This document shows positions 37,861 to 51,619 of a stretch of 64,000 nt of DNA, piece after piece. The notes beneath the pieces were generated by a model. The model saw nothing but the letters and a program-made list of their open reading frames with translations. It was not told the origin of the DNA and did no database searches. Numbering within the stretch: the stretch's first letter is position 1; the number at the start of each line of letters is the position of its first letter. The stretch lies in NCBI RefSeq assembly GCF_009914755.1, contig NC_060947.1, one strand, 5' to 3'. This DNA is from the human T2T-CHM13v2.0 reference genome, Homo sapiens. A program made the position numbers and the translations under genes.

Positions 37861-38164
37861 CTTTGCTTCCTCCCTCCTCTCTCTACCGTTCCATAATTTG
37901 ATAACAATAGGTTGACATAAAGATACTATCAGCTAAGATGTATAGCTCTTTTCAATGTAGAGATTTTCTTTCAGAGATACTTGTGGTAATTGATTCTGAT
38001 CAGTAAAAACAGTTCTTCAGCAGCGCAGCATATGAACACAGGAATAATTGAAGGAACACTTTTTTGTTCAATCTGTGTATCAATACTCTATTTTGGAACA
38101 AGACCATGACGATAATAAGGGAATTAAAACCAAGACACACTGAAATGAAGGTAACAGATGTATA

Positions 38165-38335
38165 TGGCAGGCACTTTCATTTTCCATTTAACTCTCACAA
38201 CAACCTTATAAGGAAAGGAGTGTTCACCCACTGCACAGATATGAAAAGTGAGGATTGGAAGATAACCTAACTTGTCCAGAATCACAGTGAACTGTGGGTG
38301 CCACAGGGATATGGCACCAGGTCTGTCTGGCTTTA
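38165..38335 (-). mobile_element. MIR fragment
   Basis: tttaactctcacaacaacctt...cagatatgaaaagtgagg...taacttgtccagaatcacag. Confidence 0.75.
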
Positions 38336-39489
38336 TTGAATTGGGATTTCTGGCTTCTCAGAACAGCAACTTTCTAAATAAGGGGTCAAGGATGGAGAAG
38401 ACCTCTATTTTGGAGTATGGATCTCTGCCACTCACATTGCTTCTAATGCTTTAGTCCTTCTGATAAGATCCTTAATCGATTAGGTATGTTCCTTGGTCCC
38501 AGCTAATTTTTAATTTGAGATAACCTCTCTGTGGCATTGATTGACCTAGTTTGGCCAGGCAGAGTTTGTAGTTTAAATGGGAGTCAGAAGAAGCCCACCT
38601 GATCTAATCATGAATTAGCATCTGGAATCCTTTGTGCCACTTGAATCTGTTGGGCTGGTGGCAATTGTAGGCCTCACAAGAGAACTGCTAGTGGGAGACA
38701 GATAATAAAAAGAGACCCTTTCCTAGGGAATTTTCTAAAATTTGAAAATTCTTTCTGAAAGTGCCCAAAATCACAACCCACATAATTTGAGTCCTTCCTG
38801 GCATCTGGTAGCTTAACCTGGGACCCACAGAGGGGCTTCCAATGACTTGTGAGGCTCTTGAAATGATATTCACTGTTTTGTGCATTTGAGTTTGTTTCTG
38901 AGAGGATCCGTGGTTTTCTTGGGACTCTTAAAAGGCTTCCTCAGCCAAGAAAGGCTAGAAATCCCTGGCTAGTGTCATGAAGCCTTCCATACTCCCTTGT
39001 CTTTCAGAGCCCTTCCTCTTACAGAGTGTGTGGCTTCCTTCCTCTCTAGGGAGGAAAACCTGGGTCTGCATCATTCAGGGTCCTCCCTGTGGCAGTCTGG
39101 TGAAGGGAGTTTGAAGTCAGGCAGATGTACACTCCAATCCCCCATTGCACCTCTTTCTTTTGTGTCTGTGGACAAGTTGCTTAGCTCAGGGCCAACAGTC
39201 AGCACATAAACATGGGTCCAGTCTTCCTGACTGATAAAATATTGAAGTACTTAGGATCTGATTGTACAGTGCTGCTTTTTTATCCTCCTGGGCTACCTTG
39301 GCTCCTCCCAGGACCCGATCCTAGTCCAGTAACTAAGAGGTTTCTGTAATTCAAACCTGATTCTAAGTGTGATCCAAAAGAACATATTGGTGGGCTAGAC
39401 AAGTGGACGCTTTCATCATCAGTTTCTAACCAAATGTAACCCTTTTTTCATTGACACATGGATTTAATTATGTACTATACAGCACACAC

Positions 39490-39932
39490 TGTTGGTGGCT
39501 GGCCTATGTCCCCTGAGCACTCACTGTCCTGTACACCCAATGACATCTTACTGTTGGAAACAAAAGCCCTGTACCCAAAGGTTTTGTCTTAGGCCTTGCT
39601 CATGAGGCATATTGGAAGTGCTAGGAAGTTAACACCCCTGGAAACATTCCTCAGCTAACAACGCATGAGAGTTTGTTGAAAATACTCTAGCTTCCTTCCT
39701 CTCAGACAGGGAAATTGTCTACACCATCTCCCAGAGGTCTTAAGCAGGACTGAGCCCAGGTTTGCAACTGTGGCAATGAATGAGCCCTGTACTGGCTTCT
39801 TTCCCTTCCCTGTGTCAATTCCCCTCTTCCCAACCAGTGGACCAGCACTTCCTGGGATCACATCCCAAATAAGCTACCTGCACCCAAATCCTTGTCTCAG
39901 AGTTGGCTTCTGGAGGAAGCTGGCTTAAGACA
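39490..39932 (+). mobile_element. ERVL-type solo LTR (LTR16/LTR33 group)
   Basis: cttcctgggatcacatcccaaataagctacctgcacccaaatccttgtctcagagttggcttctggagg...taagaca. Confidence 0.8.
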
Positions 39933-40891
39933 CATTTACAAATAAATATTACATAAATGTTAGTAGAAAAATTTTCATATACAACCTCCTCCTCAACATC
40001 AATAAAAAGGAAAATTGAGAAATGTGAGATTTAATATTCCGCAGTGGACTGTCAGCAATTTCAAAGCCCAAAGATGTCTGATAAAACATGTAATTTATTC
40101 AACCTCATTTCCTATGATCCTCCAATATTTGCTTAACTGTATTAATACTGTGGGACTCATCTGCCTTAGTTGGAAATCCTCTTCTTAAATTCTTTTTTTT
40201 AAATTAACTAACAAAAACCTCTGCTTCTGAAATGTATACCATCTTATATTATTCTATGCTCTGGAAGGAATAGTCCCATATTCCTTTATAGCATGAGATA
40301 GATTTTTCTTACCACTTTTCTCACCACTCTGCCTGCCCTTTATGAGCTCTCCCCAGCCTCTCCTCAGCAGCTATCTACTTGTTAGGAGAGATATGTAAGT
40401 TAACATTTTTCATCCATGACTTAAGTTCCACATTACTCACGGTTGTAAGATACTTTTCAAAATTTGGCCATAGTCACAGAAACCAGCTTATTCCTCCTGG
40501 GAAATCCATTTCTAGCTTTTTATGGTTGATGGGGCTGCTATGACTGTATTAGAGTCAGCACCATGCATGTACCTTTTTCTGAAGGGGTCATCAATTTTAA
40601 TAAAGAGCAATAAGAAAGGGATATGTAGATTGGATGAGGTTTGGGATTCTATTCCTCATTCTTTTTACTCTGGAGATATCCATGAAAGGTTAATACATGG
40701 GCCCTGCATTACCCCAACGTAATCCAAACAAAAGTCTTATTTATAGGATTGGCAATGGCAAGAATTCCTGCAACTCTTCTTTGGGGTATGTGCTTATGTG
40801 TTTAGTGGAGGGTGTGTGGGAAGAAAATGTTGGCAGAGAAGAGCCACAGTAAAGCACTATCCCTGTACATCCCTGTCATATCCACCATGGC

Positions 40892-41330
40892 CTATCTCAG
40901 ACAGCTATTGCCATGATGCTGCATAACAAAACACCCCAAAACACAGTGGCTTAAAACAATCAGCTATTTCTTGCTTAAGTGTATGTGAGTTGGCTAGTGG
41001 TTAGCTAATGCAGGCTGGGTTCAGCTGGATTTGGTTCCCAGCTGTTGGTTGGATCTGAATCTGCTCCTCTCATTTCTCATCCTGCTTGGACCTGTGGAAG
41101 ATACTCAGTATGTTCTTTGCATGGCAATGAGAAGCACAAGAGTGTAAGCTCATTTCAAGCCTCTGCTAACACCACATCTATTCATCATTGGCCCAAGTCG
41201 GTTATATGGCTAAGCCCAAAGTCTAGGGGCAGGGAGGTACCCCACTCACAGAGAGGCCATGGTAAGGTTGTATATGTAGGTGTTTGATAAGAGTAGTGAA
41301 TAACTGGGGCCAACAATTCAGTCTACCAAA
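40892..41330 (-). mobile_element. MLT1 LTR
   Basis: tgctgcataacaaaacaccccaaaacacagtggcttaaaacaa...cattggcccaagt...tggctaagcccaaagtc. Confidence 0.85.
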
Positions 41331-42406
41331 TATCTTCTGGGCACCTAAGCACTTTAGACAGGTCATCTAATGGCACCATCACAGTGTCTTAGCACTATGT
41401 GTCCACATCTCTGAATCGACTACTAAACTGAAAGGCCAGGGCTGGGCTTTTTAAATCTTTGATCTCCAGGACTTAGCAAAGTGCTTAGCACATAGGACCA
41501 AAGCAGTTTAATGTGAGCACATGGATGCTCAATGAATGGGGTCTTCAGAAGAGAATAGAATAGAATAGAACTGAAACAACCTGAGGAAAGCTTTACAAAA
41601 TGTGTCTTTTATCTACCCATTAGACATTTCCTCCTTAATATAGTATACATGAAATACCTACATGTCTCATTTGAATCTTCTTACATTCACAGTAAGATGC
41701 AATTTTAAATCATCTATCAACTAATCTTTCTTTTAAACATGAGATATTTGAATGGCAATATAAAAGAGTAATTGTGAATGTTGACTTTCCCAGTCTAATC
41801 TCATTGTTCAATTTGGCCCCCAATTCTCATTTTATTCCCCTTTGGTTACAACTATCATTTTTCACTCCTTAATATTAAAAATTCAACAAGTTATCCTTTT
41901 TTTCTTATAGTTCTTTTATTATGTCAAATTTGTTTTCAAAACATGCACTATTATATCTATCCCAGAATGCTTTGGTACCTAATACCTACAATGATTACAT
42001 AGGAATTGTCCACTCTCATCTATATTGGTTTGCATAATCCATATAGTCTTAACACTGTAATGGCTATATTTAAAGAGAACTGATTATGTGCCAGGCACTG
42101 AGCTCTGTCATGTGCATGATCTCATTTTGTGAAGAAAAGGCTGATAACGGATTATGCCAGGTGCCTCCCCCAGCCAGTGAGCAGTGGTTTCAGCCTCTTA
42201 GCTGTCTGATTGTAAGCCCATATGCTTAACTACTACCTGATATTGCCTCTAGCTCTTTGATCTTCAGGGTGTTGGCAAGAGCAGGGTCCATGATGCAGGA
42301 GACCTCAGCTCAAGTTCTTCTTTTCTGATTCCCTTTGTGACCAAAGGAAAAATATTTGACCTTTGAGAGCCTAAGTTTCTTCTTTTGTAAATGGGAGCTC
42401 ATTTAC

Positions 42407-43541
42407 TGTCAACAAAAAGAGCCAAACTCTGTAAAATATCTGAAGAGATTTATTCTCAGCTACATATGAGTGACCATGGCCCAGGACACGGCCCCAGGAG
42501 ATCCTGAAAACATATGGCCAAGGTGGTCGAGGTACAGCTTGATTTTATATATTTTAGGGAGGGATAAGCCATCAGTCAATATATGTAAGGTGTACATTGG
42601 TTGGGTCTGGAAAGGTAGGGCAACTCGAAGTGGGGATTTCCAGGTCATAGAGGGATTTAAAGATTTCCTGATTGGCAATTAGTTGAAAGAGTTAAGTTAT
42701 TATCTAAAGACGTGGAATCAATAGATGGGGATGTCTGGGTTAAAATAAGAGGTTGTGGTGACCAAGTTCTTTTTTTGTTTTTGTTTGAGACAAGGCCTCG
42801 ATCTGTCACGCAGGTAAGAGTGCAGTGGCATGATCACAGCTCACTGCAGCCTTGAACTCCTCGGACTTGGGTGATCCTCCCACCTCAGCCTCCCAAGTAG
42901 ATGGTACTACAGGTGTGTGCCACCATGCCTTGCTAATTTTTTTTTTTTTTTGTAGAGGTGAGGTTTTGCCATGTTACCCAGGCTGGTCTTGAACTCTTGG
43001 GCTTGGCAACTCAAAGTTCTGGGATTACAGACATGAGCCACCACCTCCAGGTAGCAGGCTTCAGAGAGAATAGCTTATAAGTGTTTCTTATCAGACTTCA
43101 GAAGGTGCCAGACTGTTAGCTAATTCTCTCCTGGATCAGGAAAAAGACCTGAGAAAGAAAGAGGATTCACTACAGAATGTAGATTTTCCCCGCAAGATAC
43201 AGCATTGCAGGGCCATTTCAAAATATGTCAAAAATATATTTTGAGGTAAAATACTTCAGTTTCTTCCAGAGCCTGCTATCTGTAATGTTGGTATTTTACT
43301 GCTACAAAGAATCTGCTTTGTCAGTGTTAAGGTCTCTGTTTTAATTTTAGTGCTGGTCAGTTGTGCCTGAATTCCAAAGGGAGGAGGGTATAATGAGGCA
43401 TGTCTGAACACCCTCCCCCACCACCCCGCTTCCCATCATGGCCTGAACTAGTTTTTCAGGTAAACTTTGGAATGCTTTTGGCTGAGAAAGGGGATCCATT
43501 CAGTTAGTTGGGGGTGCTTAGAATGTTAGTTTTGTTTTACA
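42407..43541 (-). mobile_element. MER4-family (ERV1) solo LTR, interrupted by an Alu
   Basis: tgtcaacaaaaagagccaaactctgtaaaatat...gagatttattct...tttaca. Perfect 4-bp TSD ttac (42403-42406, 43542-43545). Appears inserted into a MIR. Confidence 0.92.
42770..43045 (-). mobile_element. AluJ-type element inside the MER4 LTR
   Basis: tttgagacaagg...gatcacagctcactgcagccttgaactcc...gatcctcccacctcagcc (AluJ-like diagnostics)...gggattacagacatgagccacc. Confidence 0.93.
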
Positions 43542-44181
43542 TTACCTTATTTACCATACAAGGGAGTTGTATGTGGAAATACTTTAGAAATATAACATCC
43601 TACTCAAATTCTGAGGGATCTCTATTGTATTCTCTTTAAGTGTCCCCTAAACTTCTGTGCTGACCATCCTTCCATCAGAAATGGTTTTGCTTCTTTGTTT
43701 TTGCTCCACATTCGCTGACAAGGCCCATCTGGTCTTCTGTCTTGAGAAATTTCATTTCCCTTGAGCCTTCCTATTTGTTTGTTGAACAAACCACACATCA
43801 CTAGCAATGTCATATTCCCAGGCTTTCTCAATATTTCTTGATTAATTTCCCCCTTGTCCTTGCAGCTTTGCTGTTTTTTTCCCAGGCTCTCCCCTCAGAA
43901 GGGCTGCAGACTGTGTCTGATTGTGTCCACACTTGCCAAAGGCCAAATGGGAATTCAAGAGCTTCGGTTTTCTTTTCTGAAGTTGTTATTTTGTCTAATT
44001 AGCCCCAAATATTTAATTATTTTGAAATGACAATAGTCTCATTTTTAAAAACTGACCTAAGTGTTCAGCCTCGTAATTTCTATTTGGGGCCTTCATCCCT
44101 CTCTCCATCCCTCCCTGCCTGGGAATATGAGGGTGAGATCAAACAAACACAGTCCCTGCACCCCATTTTACATTTACATTC

Positions 44182-44184
<3 letters not shown>

Positions 44185-44230
<46 letters not shown>
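44185..44230. repeat. (GT)23 perfect microsatellite
   Basis: 46 bp of pure GT. Confidence 0.98.
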
Positions 44231-44231
<1 letters not shown>

Positions 44232-45079
44232 CATCATTGAATTAATGCTAAGTCGTTCTATTTAACTTGTCTTGGCCTAATAAGAAAATCAAAAAGACAG
44301 ACCTTATATGTAAATGAAGCATTTGCACTGAATGCACATTGCTTGAGCCAAGGTTTCCTAGTAATTTGAAAATAATTTGCAAAGTACTAGGAAAATTAAG
44401 CCATTGTTTGACCTGTGGTTGTGTAGGCATAATGTCCTCTCTCATACTCTCAGTGCCAGTTTAGTTTAGTTTCAGCAAAACAATATTACCCATTATTTCA
44501 AACCAATGTTGTTAATTGGAATTGTACTAGTGTTACAGTTCTATTTATATTAATTTGTAAATATTTAAGGGCCTCAAGGATGTAGACGATTGGTAATATA
44601 AGAATTCTGTGGTCTTAAGTTTGCATATAATAAGCACTGTTTTAACTAAATACTACTATTCAATAATGCACATCCAAGAGAAAAAAATTTCCCTCAGAAA
44701 GGACTGTACATTACTCAAATTTGAAAACATGAAAGCTTCAGATTTTTCTCTGAATCATCACCAGCAGCAGATAACAGTGAAGCTATATTCACCACTCCCA
44801 CCCCTGCTATCATCTTGGTAGGTCTGGGAAATGGCTTGAATGCAAAGTTGACCTATGCTTTATCTCAACAGTCATTTTGCAAAGTTCTACTTTGTAACAT
44901 ACAATGGAATCACGTCATACACTCATTTAAATTACCTGAGTTTAACTACATATATTAGTCACCTCCACCTGTAAAAGGAGGAGATACACAAACACAAAAA
45001 TACATAGGCAGGTGAGGAGAGACTACCTTTTGAATAAATGTGGATGATTTCAGAACACCTCCTGTGCATTACCTCAAAT

Positions 45080-45858
45080 TCCCACCACCTTTTGGTGTCC
45101 TCGTTGTTTATTGTTTCCATCTTTACATCTATGTGTACCCAGTGTTTAGCTCTCACTTTTCATTGAGAATCTCTGGAATTTGGTTTTCTATTTCTGCATT
45201 AATTCACTTAGGATAATGGGCTCCAGCTCCAGCTCCATCCATATCCCTGCAAAGACATGATTTCATTCCTTTTTATGGCTACATAGTATTTCAAGGTGTA
45301 TATGTTCCACGTTTTCTTTATCCATTCCACAACTGATGGGCACCTAGGTTGATTCAATGTCTTTGCAGTTGTGAATAGTGCTGTGATAAACATACGAGTG
45401 TATGTGTCTTTTTGATAGAATGATTTATTTTCCTTTGCGTATTTATTCAGTAATAGAATTACTGGGTTGAATCGTAGCTCTATTTATAGGTTCTTTGATA
45501 AATCTCCAAACTGCTTTCCATAGTGGCTGAACTCATTTGCATTCTCGCCAATAGTGTATAAGCATTCCTTTTTCTCTGCAACCTCACCAACACCTGTTAT
45601 TTTTGACTTTATAGTAATAGCCATTCTGACTGGTGTGAGATGATGTCTCATTGTGGTTTTGATTTGCGTCTCTCTGGTTAGTGATGCTGAATATTTTTTC
45701 ATATGGGTGTTGGCTGCTTGTATGTCTTCTTTTGAGAACTGTCTATTCATGTCCTTTGACCATTTTTTAATGGGATTGTTTTTTCTTATTGATTTGTTTG
45801 AGTTCCTTACAGATTCTGGATATTAATCCTTTGTCAGATTCATAATTTGCAAACATTG
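45080..45858 (-). mobile_element. L1 (L1PB/L1MA-type) ORF2 C-terminal/3'UTR fragment
   Basis: Minus-strand ORFs [19 protein letters not shown]...HLTPVRMA and MFITALFTTAKTLNQPRCPS match the L1 ORF2 C-terminus. Confidence 0.93.
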
Positions 45859-45960
45859 AGAACAGATTTGTAAACATTATTCATTCAGTTTTTATTTTTA
45901 TTGTATTATTATATTTCTATCTCTTACTATACAGAATTATATTGTATATAATATAGTTAC

Positions 45961-48136
45961 TGTATTAGTCTGTTTTCACGCTGCTATGAAGAAATACCTG
46001 AGACTGGGTAATTTATAAAGAAAAGAAGTTTAATTGACTCACAGCAGGGGAAATGCCAGATGCTTATAAAACATCAGATCTCATAAGAACTCACTCAGTA
46101 TCATGAGAACAGCAGGGGGAAATGCCCCCATGATTCAATTACCTTTCTCTGAGTCCATCTCATGATACTTGGGGACTATGGAGATTACAATTCAAGATGA
46201 GATTTTGGGTGGGGACATAGCCAAACCATACAATTCCAACCCCGGCACCTCCCAAATCTCATGTCCTCACATTTCAAAACACAATCATGCCTTTCCAACA
46301 ATCCCCCAAGGTCTTAATTCATTCTGGCATTAACCCAAAAGTCCAAGTCCAAAGTCTCATCTGTGACAAGGCAAGTCTCTTCCACCTATAAGCCTGTAAA
46401 ATCGAAAGCAAGTTAGTTACTTTTTAGATACGATGGGGGTACAGGCATTTGGTAAATACACCCATTCCAAATGGGAGAAATTGGCCAAAACAAAGGGACT
46501 GCAGGCCCCATGCAAGTCTGAAATCCAATAGGGCAGTCAATAAACCTTAAAGTTCCAAATGATCTCCTTTGATTCCATTTCTCACATCCAGATCATGCTG
46601 ATGCAAGAGGTGGGCCCCCATGGCCTTGGGCAGCTCTGCCATTGTGGCTTTGCAGGCTACAGCCCCTCTCCCAGCTGCTTTCATGGGCTGGTGTTGAGTG
46701 TCTGTGGCTTTTCCAGGCATACGGTGCAAACTCTCAGTGGATCTACCATTCTGGGGTCTGGAGGATGGTGGTCCTCTCCTCGCAGCTGCACTAGGCAGTG
46801 CCCCAGTGGGGACTCTATGTGGGAGGTCCAAACCCACATTTCTCTTCCACACTGCCCTAGCAGATGTTCTCCTCAGGGCTGCACTCCTGCAGCAAACTTC
46901 TGCCTGGACATCCAGGTGTTTCCATACATCCTCTGAAATCTAGGTGGAGGTTCCCAAACTTCAGTTCTTGACTTCTGTGCACCTACAAGCCCAACAGCAC
47001 ATTTAAGCCGCCAAGGCTTGGGGCTTGCACCATCTGAAGCAACAGCCTGAACTGTACTTTGGCCCCTTTTAGCCACAGCTGGGACTCAAGCAGCTGGGAC
47101 TCAGGACACCATGTCCCAAGGCTGCACAGAGCAGGGGGACCCTGGGCCCAGCCCAGGAAACCATTTTTCCCTCCTAGACCTCTGGGCTTGTGAAGGGAGA
47201 GGCTGCTGTGAAGGTCTCTGACATGCCCTGGAGATATTTTCCCCATTGTCCTGGTAATTGACATTTGGCTCCTCGTTACTTATGCAAATTTCTGCAGTGG
47301 GCTTGAATTTCTTCCCAGAAAATGGGCTTTTATTTTCTGTTGCATCTCCAGGCTGCAAATTTTCCAAATTTTTATTCTCTGCCTCTTCTTGGACACTTTG
47401 TCACTTAGAAATTTCTTCCACCAGATACCCTAAATCATCTCTCTTAACTTCAAAGTTCCACAGATCTCTAGGGCAAGGACAAAAAGCCTCCAGTCTTTTT
47501 CCTAAGGAATAGCAAGAGTGACCTTTACTCCAGTTCCTAACAAGTTTCTCATCTTCATCTGAGACCACCTCAGCCTGGACTTCATTGTCCATATCACTAT
47601 CAGCATTTTGGGCAAAGCCATTCAACAAATCTCTAGGAAGTGCCAAACTTTCCCACATTTTCCTGTCTTCCTCTGAACCCTCCAAACTATTCCAACTTCT
47701 GCCTGTTACCCAGTTCCAAAGTTGCTTCTATATTTTCATGTATCTTTGTAGCAGTGCCCTACTACCTTGGTACCAATTTACTGTATTAGTTCATTCTCAT
47801 GTTGCTATGAAGAAATAACCATAGTCTGGATAATTTATAAAGAAAAGAGGTTTAATTAACTTAGAATACTGCATGGCTTGGGAGGCCTCAGGAAAGTTAC
47901 AGTCATGGCAGAAGGCACCTCTTTACAGGGTGGCAAGAGAGAGAATGAGTGCAAGCAGGGAAATGCCAGATGCTTAGCAGATCTTGTGAGACTCACTCAT
48001 CATCATGAGAATAGCATGGGGGAAAATGCCCCCATGATTCAATTACCTCCACCTGGTCCTGCCGTTGACACGTGGGGATTATGGGGATTATAATTCAAGA
48101 TGAGATTTTGGGTGAGGACACAGCCAAACCACATCA
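45961..48136 (-). mobile_element. Two-LTR THE1D-like MaLR provirus (3'LTR 45961-46232, internal 46233-47781, 5'LTR 47782-48136)
   Basis: Two direct LTRs (tgtattagt...ccaaaccataca / ccaaaccacatca) and a typical ~1.55-kb THE1 internal region with ORF remnants. Perfect 5-bp TSD gttac (45956-45960, 48137-48141). Confidence 0.95.
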
Positions 48137-48359
48137 GTTACCTATTACTATAAATAATATACAGGTACACTTGCATATTTTTGAATGTGCAATATGCATG
48201 CATACCCACAGCACAGAGCTGCAAACTCCTAAACATGCATATGATACTTTGGTGAATTCCTTAAGAGTTTTTTCATAGGAAATTGAATAGTGCTTACATA
48301 CTGGATGTAGAATCCCCATATATGATGGTGCTCAACTCCATTTGCATTTAATATAAGTC

Positions 48360-48900
48360 ATGGCTAGTGGGAGTATAAAATGATAGAACCACTTTGGAAA
48401 ACAGTTTATCAGTTTTCAATAAAATTAAACATAGACTTATCTTAAGACTCAGTTATTTTGCTCCTTGATATTTACCCAAGAGAAATGAAACGTGTCCACA
48501 TAAAAACTTGTACACAAATATTCTAGGAGCCTTATTCCTAACAGCCAAAACTTGAAACAACCTGAATTTTTATCAACATGAGAAATGGTTTAAAAAAATT
48601 CTGCTATGTTCTTACAGTGGAATACTACATAGCAATAAAAAAGAAAGAACTGATGCACAAAACAACATGGATGAATCTCAAAACTTATGGTGAAGAAAAG
48701 AAGCCAGATGCAAAGGAGCACATTGAAGGGGTACTAACTGTGAACAAGCAGAAGGAAAATTTGGAAGATGATGAGGAAATTTGCCTTGTTTTGATTGTGG
48801 TGGTGTTTGTATGGGTATTTACATTTGCTAAAACTCATGTACACTTAAATTTTTTTTTCTATCTCACAAAGTCGATTTTCAAATTAAAAAGAAGCATAAT
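48360..48900 (+). mobile_element. Old L1 (L1M-type) 3' fragment
   Basis: gtgggagtataaaatg...accactttggaaaacagttt...tatttacccaagagaaatgaaa...acaacatggatgaatctcaaaa. Confidence 0.88.
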
Positions 48901-50782
48901 TTAAAGTTATCAAGATTGATGCTTTTGCAAGATGTGCCATGCTTATTCCTGGGGTACGTGTCCATCTGACATTTCACTGTCTTCCCTTGTTTCAGAAGCA
49001 TAGGCCTGGTGCTTATCTGTTTTTTCTCAAGCAACAGAACCAGTGGCCAAGGTCAGTCTAGGACCCCTGCCACTTTGCTTCCAGCCTTGTTTATGGATTT
49101 CTCAGCGTCGTCATTGTAAGTGGTTTCCCTGCTTTCTCAACTAATAGCAAAACGGACCTTCACTCGTTGCCCTTAATACTAAAATTGAAATGTTTCCCAT
49201 TTCAATTCAGAGCCAGCATCCAAAGGGTGCTTTTGTATATCTATATATTTCCTGTATCTTATTTTAGGGCAATTTAGTTCCTAGATATATCTATATTTCA
49301 AAACCCAGATTTTCATCAGATTAATCAGGATGAATCTTAATCAATTTCTTAAATTTGCCATTCTATACCAGCCATATTTTGCAGGAGTCCTTAAACCCAG
49401 GGTAACTTGCTCCAGTGTTCCTTGCTGCTGGGTTTGTCAGTGAGCCCAGCCCCATTGGAAGCTGTTCTGATGTTCCTGTCCCTCGGCATGGGAAGGTAAA
49501 CTGCTTGGTACGCGTAGTGTGCAATCCTTTCCCTTGCTTGCTGTCGTCTTAAGCAGGGAGGACTGCTGACAGCTAAGCCGGCTGCCTCATTAGAATTCAC
49601 TGGGTGAGCTGATTCTCCATTTAACTGATGAGGGAATTCTTGCATCAAAGGGGTGGGGGAGAGGTTCATTCTCTCAGAAAGCTGCTTTCTTCCTGCTTTG
49701 CTGTTAGGAGGAGGGGATGCCTGGTATACAATCTAAAATGGCTTATACAGGAAGCACTAGGAAACCCCAAACAACTCCACCAGGAAACATTGAAAATTAT
49801 TTCCAAGAATTACTTATGTCAGGGTGTCACACATACATCATATTCCTTTTGAAAAATGGTGAGTACACTTTATCTCCCTCAGAATACAAAGCCTATGCCA
49901 AGTTGACATTCCTTTCCTTCTAAAACCTTCTTACACACCAGAATTTTGGGCCTTCACTAAAGGGGATGGAGGAAGGAGAAAATGTGCTTGTAGGTTGTGC
50001 TGAAGCATTTTCATTCTGCCTGTGATCACATTATTGAAACTTCTTCCCACCGTTGATTTGTCTGACATGTTGCAAAGTAAGACCTGGGCTTCTGCTTTAG
50101 CTGCAAGCATTAAACTTCGCAACTACAAGAGGTCTTCAAGGCCATCAAGACAAACTTCTTTGTTTTATGAAGGCAGAAGCCAAGGAGTGACATGAAAAAT
50201 CTCCCAGATGCAGAACAGAAGACTCCCTGAGATCTCGTCTGATCCCAACTCCTAAAGACCACATTCCCTAATTGGAAAGGCTGACCCTCTCCAAAGTTGC
50301 ACCATGATGATTCCAGGTTCCAGATTCTAAAGCAATTGCTCCCCTTTGTTTTTAGCTAGATTCAAGTCAAATTAGTTTATGAACGATGGCGTTGCAAAAT
50401 GGGCGTGGGGACACCTTGAATGATTTATCAACCTGGAACGAGATTGAGCTCTTGTCTCAGAATCTCTGAAGGGCTTTGCCCTGTGCTTGTAGCTGTTTGG
50501 AACAGGATCTATTTTGTATGAGATGACAGGAGGCATCAACTGGTGGTTTTCTTCAGAAGAGGAAGGTGAATAGCCCATGACAATCCAAGTTAACCAGAAT
50601 AGGGGAAGGTTGTTGGTGAGGCTAGTGATATGGCTAGAGTACAGGAGAGACCTCCTCTGCTTTTCTAAAAAGACTTTCTTCTCTTTTACATTTTCCTTTC
50701 AGTTTTCTCCTTTTATTTTCAAGCTAAAAGAGAAACATGGGTTGGCTGCAAAAAAATTCAGACAATAAAGAAATGTATTTTC

Positions 50783-51290
50783 TACCAGTTATGTATTGCT
50801 ATGTAACAAACCACCCCAAAACTTAGTGGCATAAAGAAGCAACATGTATTTTGCTTTTGAATCTGCAATTTAGGCAGTGCTCAGCAGGGAAAACCCGACT
50901 CTCCTCCTTGCGATGTCTGTGACCCCAGCTGGGAATGATCGGAAGTCATAGGGGCTGGCCCGTCACTTCTCTCTCCTTTTTCAGGTAGTCTTAAGGCACA
51001 TGTCTCAGTGCCACATGTTCACTTTATGTGTCCTCTCCAGCATGGTAGCCTCTGGGTAGTCAGAATCCTTATGTGACAACTGGCTTCCTCCACAGCAAGC
51101 ATCCTAGGAGAGCTTTGCAGAAGCTGCAAGGCTTCTCATGACTTAGCTTGGAAAGTCCCAGAACATAAATTTCACTGCATGCTATTGATCAAGCAAGTCA
51201 GTAAGGTGAGCCAGGATACAAGTTGGACATTAGACTCCACCTCTTTATGGGAGGAGTAGCAAAGAGTTTTGCACCATCTTTAATCTACAA
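50783..51290 (-). mobile_element. MLT1 LTR
   Basis: tattgctatgtaacaaaccaccccaaaacttagtggcataaa...agactccacctctttatgggaggag...ccatctttaatctac. Confidence 0.88.
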
Positions 51291-51619
51291 GATCATATTC
51301 ATGCTTAGTCACAAACTCAAGAGGTGACTTCTGTTAACACTTTGCTGTGCATTTTTATGTGTGCATTCTCTGAAAGTGTAGATACCATGAGTCTACATGT
51401 AGAAATCTATGCACTGGGATACGGGCTGGATTTTGTTTCTGTTTTGATGGGTTGTAGTAAGGGGTGATGAAGGGGATATGCTGTAAATTCTCCGATTCTG
51501 CTGGGGGCTTTTTATTCACCAACCCTAAAATTCTGTTTCAAGATTATGGTTCCCTCAGGAGTTTTATACACAGCAGAGCATTAAAAAATCCATGACAAGT
51601 GTTCTCAGTGGTCTTCATG

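Noticed and set aside
46547-48093. Dense ORF cluster
   Set aside because: Fragmented THE1 internal and LTR sequence.
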